Source of the DNA: Chryseobacterium gleum
GTDB lineage: Bacteria; Bacteroidota; Bacteroidia; Flavobacteriales_D; UBA2798
DNA length: 64,000 nt
Direction: 5' to 3'
Assembly (NCBI GenBank): GCA_945865695.1
Contig: CAMBFX010000001.1
Coordinates: 3,660 to 67,659 of the forward strand
The position numbers and the translations under genes were made by a program. Positions 60,438-64,000 of this stretch are shown here, one piece after another (position 1 is the stretch's first letter; each line of letters opens with the position of its first letter). The notes beneath the pieces were generated by a model. It ran no database searches and had not been told where the DNA came from. It saw nothing but the letters and a program-made list of their open reading frames with translations.

Positions 60438-60656
60438 GTGAATGACAAAGAGTTTCTTAAAAAGATTGGAGGTAATATTAGTCGAATCCGTAAAACAAAT
60501 GGAATGACTCAGGCAGATTTATGCGCCCTAATAAATATGGAAATCCCGAATTTAAGTGCAATAGAAAACGGTCGTCAAAATGCTTCCAGTTTAACGTTAA
60601 AAAAAATTGCTGATTCATTGGAAGTAAAAGTTAGTGCGCTTCTTGAGAACTTGTAA
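60438..60656 (+). CDS. Small XRE/Cro-type HTH transcriptional regulator
   Basis: GTG start. IRKTNGMTQADLCALINMEIPNLSAIENGRQNASSLTLKKIADSL is a classic HTH_3 fold. 72 aa. Confidence 0.8.
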   Translation: MNDKEFLKKIGGNISRIRKTNGMTQADLCALINMEIPNLSAIENGRQNASSLTLKKIADSLEVKVSALLENL

Positions 60657-60760
60657 ATCAAAGCGAATTGAACCCAAAGAAATTTTTACCATTAAGCCAT
60701 TAAGAAGAAAAATAAGCAATTCTTGTATTTCATTTGCTCATTTGCACATTGGCATATTAG

Positions 60761-63205
60761 CTAATTACTCCTCACCATCATCTCCGGTTTCACCTTCTTA
60801 TATCCTTTTCTCGCTTCAAATTTTTTGATTCCTTCTTCGAGCCAAGGCTTAAAAAGATTTACTTGACCATGTGTTTGATAACTGGCTTTGATATTCAACA
60901 TTTCTTCATGATGATCTATTAAAACATAAAGTGGTTGAGAAACTTCTCCATAGCGAGTTTGTTCCAATTCAGCCCAAACTTGTCCTGTGTATTTTAATTT
61001 TCTACCATCTTTAGAAGTAAGATTGCTTCCTTCAGGCAATGCAATTTTTTCATCCACATGCAATGAAATAATCACCACTGAATCCTTTAATAGTACTTTT
61101 ACTTCTTCATCGCTCCAAACCGATTCTTCCATTTTACGACAATTTTCACAACCATGACCAGTAAAATCTATCATAGCAGGTTTCCCGATTTTTTTTGCAT
61201 AAGCTAATCCATGATTATAATCGTGAAAAGTAATTAAACCATGCGGACCAAAAGATGCATGCTCAGGTAATTTCACATCTGGAGCTTTTCCATTTACGCC
61301 ATAAGGACTTTCACTATAATGCATGGGTGGTGCAATTCCTGCAATCATTTTTAATGGCGCTCCCCATAATCCTGGAATTAAATAAAATGTAAAACTCAAA
61401 ACCAAAGTGGCCATAAAAATTCTACCTACACCTAAATATTTTGTTTCACTATCGTGTGAAGTTTTGAATACACCTAATAAATATAATCCCCATAATAAAA
61501 AGATGGCTACCCATATTCCAATAAATAATTCACGCTCCAACCAATGAGACTGAGTAACTAAATCTGCTTTGGATAAAAATTTCAAGGCTAAAGCAATTTC
61601 TAAAAATCCTAATGAAACTTTTACTGTATTCAACCAACCACCCGATGAAGGCATCGAGTTTAACCAACCTGGAAAAATGGCAAAAAGTGTAAATGGAATG
61701 GCAATTGCCAATGAAAATCCGAACATTGCGAAGAATGGACCCAAGCCTCCTTGCTCTGCTGCAATTACCAATTGTGTTCCGATAATTGGGCCTGTACAAG
61801 AGAATGAAACTAATCCAAGTGTTGCCGCCATGAAGAAAATTCCAATTAAACCTCCACGATCAGCATTCTTATCAGCAGCATTTACCCAAGAGCTAGGTAA
61901 AGTAATTTCAAATGCACCTAAAAAAGAAATACCGAAAACAATGAGCATCGCAAAGAAAATAATGTTGAACCAAACATTGGTAGCTAATTCATTTAATGAA
62001 CTTGCGCCAAACGCTCCAGTGATAATTAATCCGATGGTGACGTAAATAACAATAATTGAAACGCCATAAATCATTGCATTAGAAATTGCTTTCGTTCTGG
62101 ATTTACTAGACTTCAAAAAGAAACTTACGGTCATTGGAATCATTGGAAAAACACAGGGTGTAAGTAATGCAATGAATCCACTTAAAAATGCCAGAATAAA
62201 AATTCCTAAATAAGAAGTTTCATTCACCACAGTGGTTACCTCTTCAGATTTATGTAAATTTACTTCAAGAACAACTGGAGTTAAAGTACTTGCTTTCAAT
62301 CCGCTTTCAGAAATCGCTAAATAATTTAAATACACTTTTACTCCTGATAAAGCTGTACTGTCGTCTGTATCAACTTTTAATTTTTGACTAATGGAAAGCT
62401 TATTTTGATATCCTTGAAATGCATTCCCATTTCCTAATTTTATTATTTTATATTCTGGCCATTTTATTTTTCCATCTTTCTTAATTCCTTTTGGAAATTC
62501 AAAATCAATTAAAATTTTATCGCCTTCGGTATTGGAAACAAATAAATTCCAATTTTTATCGATGGTTGCTTCCATCACCATTTCATATTCAGTATCTGAA
62601 TATTTTTTAGAATAAACCATCCAAGTAATGGGCGAAACTTTTTCTCCTGGAAAAGAATCCGTTAATTGTCTACTTGTATCTTCAATTAATTCTTTGGTTG
62701 CATCTTCATTTGTTTCTTTGATTTCTTGTCCACTTGCACAACCTTTCACTTTATAACTTAAATCCACATATTCGGGAGGTAAACACATGGTTTCATCACA
62801 TTGCATAAATTCCATATCACCTGTAACCGTAAAATCTTTTTTTCCTTTGATTTTAATTTTTTGCTTGAATGTAACGGTATGTTCAAAAATATTGTAGTTC
62901 CCACCAAATCCTTCCATGTATTTCGATTTCGCTTTTCCTTCCGAAACTTTTCCAATCAATTCATAATCGGAACTTGTTTTGAATTTGAAACTGGTGGCTA
63001 TCGGGCCGTCTTCATTGGGTTGAAATTGAGAATATATATACCAGTCATCATCAATAGTTGCCGTGGCCAATAATTCGGCTTCGCAACCATTTTGCTTGAT
63101 GGAATAACTCCAAGAAGTATGTCCTAATTTTTGTGGATCAGGTGCAAAATTTGGGTTAACAAGAAAAAAATTAACCGCTATGAATAAAGAATGAAAAAAT
63201 ACCAT
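60761..63205 (-). CDS. dsbD: DsbD-family protein-disulfide reductase: two N-terminal DsbD-alpha-like domains, a TM core and a thioredoxin domain
   Basis: First N-domain ends FMQCDETMCLPPE. TM core cysteines are LLTPCVFPMIP and SFSCTGPIIG. C-terminal thioredoxin DFTGHGCENCRKME. Confidence 0.85.
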   Translation of the reverse strand: MVFFHSLFIAVNFFLVNPNFAPDPQKLGHTSWSYSIKQNGCEAELLATATIDDDWYIYSQFQPNEDGPIATSFKFKTSSDYELIGKVSEGKAKSKYMEGFGGNYNIFEHTVTFKQKIKIKGKKDFTVTGDMEFMQCDETMCLPPEYVDLSYKVKGCASGQEIKETNEDATKELIEDTSRQLTDSFPGEKVSPITWMVYSKKYSDTEYEMVMEATIDKNWNLFVSNTEGDKILIDFEFPKGIKKDGKIKWPEYKIIKLGNGNAFQGYQNKLSISQKLKVDTDDSTALSGVKVYLNYLAISESGLKASTLTPVVLEVNLHKSEEVTTVVNETSYLGIFILAFLSGFIALLTPCVFPMIPMTVSFFLKSSKSRTKAISNAMIYGVSIIVIYVTIGLIITGAFGASSLNELATNVWFNIIFFAMLIVFGISFLGAFEITLPSSWVNAADKNADRGGLIGIFFMAATLGLVSFSCTGPIIGTQLVIAAEQGGLGPFFAMFGFSLAIAIPFTLFAIFPGWLNSMPSSGGWLNTVKVSLGFLEIALALKFLSKADLVTQSHWLERELFIGIWVAIFLLWGLYLLGVFKTSHDSETKYLGVGRIFMATLVLSFTFYLIPGLWGAPLKMIAGIAPPMHYSESPYGVNGKAPDVKLPEHASFGPHGLITFHDYNHGLAYAKKIGKPAMIDFTGHGCENCRKMEESVWSDEEVKVLLKDSVVIISLHVDEKIALPEGSNLTSKDGRKLKYTGQVWAELEQTRYGEVSQPLYVLIDHHEEMLNIKASYQTHGQVNLFKPWLEEGIKKFEARKGYKKVKPEMMVRSN

Positions 63206-63217
63206 GGGTGTTCTTTT

Positions 63218-63667
63218 TTAAGGTAAATCAACTGAAAATTCAATTACTTCGGGAGGATAACACATCGTATCATCGCAAACCATAAACTCAATGGTGCCTG
63301 AAACTTTTTGTTTCTCTTTGGTATTATTTTTTATTTCTTGAGTGAAAATAGTTTTTCCTTCGAAATAAGAAATTTGCATATCGAAATTTGGATCATACAT
63401 CATTTTTGCTTTTCCTTCATTTACTTTTCCAATTAATGAATAGTTTTTGCTCTCATGGAAAGTGAAAGTAGTGGGCACTGGACCATCGCCTACTAAAAAT
63501 TGTGAATACAAATGCCAACCTTCTTTAATAGTAGCATGAAACTGCAATTGCTTTTTTTCATCCACTTCCACCACTCTGTATTTCCAAGTAGTGATTGACG
63601 AAGAAGTTTGTGCAGAAATTTTCTGAACAGAAATCAGTAAAAATAAAATCATCATTACACGCTTCAT
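63218..63667 (-). CDS. Secreted stand-alone DsbD N-terminal (alpha) domain paralog
   Basis: Signal peptide. WHLYSQF...GPVPTTFTF...LIGKVNEGKAK...FMVCDDTMCYPPE is collinear with the first domain of the adjacent DsbD. Confidence 0.75.
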   Translation of the reverse strand: MKRVMMILFLLISVQKISAQTSSSITTWKYRVVEVDEKKQLQFHATIKEGWHLYSQFLVGDGPVPTTFTFHESKNYSLIGKVNEGKAKMMYDPNFDMQISYFEGKTIFTQEIKNNTKEKQKVSGTIEFMVCDDTMCYPPEVIEFSVDLP

Positions 63668-63959
63668 ATCTTTCTGCTTTTTTATTGAGCCAAAATTATC
63701 GCTTTTAAATATAGCGCAAACAGAAAAGATAAATCATTCTTGCATTTCTACCTTTTTATAACCTTAACGATTTTTAACTAAACGAAAAGCAACTCTATCT
63801 AAAATCATTAAATTCAGTCGAATTGATTTTAGAATTTAGATGTCGGCAAAATTCAAACTTAAATTCCTAAAAAGCCCACATAAATCGATTAATCAGTGTT
63901 ATATTCATATTAAAAAGCCTTTTTCATATATGAATATTCAATTTCTATCGATAAATATT

Positions 63960-63988
63960 TTTGTTTCTAGTTAAAACGTCTACCTTTG
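63960..63988 (+). promoter_or_regulatory. Candidate promoter reading out of the right window edge
   Basis: TTTG (63960-63963), a 17-nt spacer, then TACCTTTG (63981-63988). The transcribed gene lies beyond the window. Confidence 0.35.
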
Positions 63989-64000
63989 CACCCGAATTAA

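Noticed and set aside
61569-62045. 158-aa ORF antisense to the DsbD TM core
   Set aside because: It is embedded in a well-supported gene with no independent motif. Shadow frame.
63901-63937. AT-rich imperfect palindrome ATATTCATAT...ATATGAATAT in the right-hand spacer
   Set aside because: It is entirely A/T, with no adjacent gene start and no second copy. It cannot be distinguished from compositional noise.

Overview
AT-rich Bacteroidota chromosome segment, Flavobacteriia-like. This call rests on the gldKLMN genes, several type IX secretion (T9SS) C-terminal sorting domains, TAnnTTTG -7 promoter boxes, and the absence of Shine-Dalgarno signals. Most of the window is conserved housekeeping. 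From left to right it holds: a partial GNAT gene and an ABC-F ATPase; a porP/sprF-gldK-gldL-gldM-gldN T9SS/gliding core operon; an arginase-family gene overlapping topA; miaB, a sigma-54 activator, an lptE-like gene, a TPR protein, secG, groES and groEL; a histidine kinase/OmpR pair; msrB and yqeY; a complete dcw cluster on the minus strand (mraZ-rsmH-ftsL-ftsI-murE-mraY-murD-[extra MurD C-terminal paralog]-ftsW-murG-murC-ftsQ-ftsA-ftsZ); an alpha/beta hydrolase; a small accessory islet with a start-less gene remnant and higBA; a LytTR regulator with a sensor-less hybrid kinase; murA, a DUF4290 gene and ddl; a PASTA protein, a T9SS cargo gene and rluD; an 8.4 kb accessory block; and a DsbD-type reductase with a stand-alone DsbD-N paralog. 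The accessory block is four tightly coupled T9SS-cargo genes (1331, 573, 160 and 566 aa), read divergently from a small XRE regulator across a perfect 24-bp palindrome. I found no rRNA, tRNA, CRISPR array, transposase or integrase. The best candidates for something undescribed are: (1) the XRE-linked T9SS cargo operon and its internal segmental duplication; (2) the intact, diverged stand-alone MurD C-terminal gene inside the dcw cluster; (3) phased GTGGG repeats that look like a MraZ operator; (4) a GC-rich hairpin repeat family at three loci; and (5) twin CGATGCATCG palindromes between ftsA and ftsZ. All functional calls come from reading the translated ORFs and from recalled family motifs. 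No database search was run. Coordinates of small motifs were indexed by hand.
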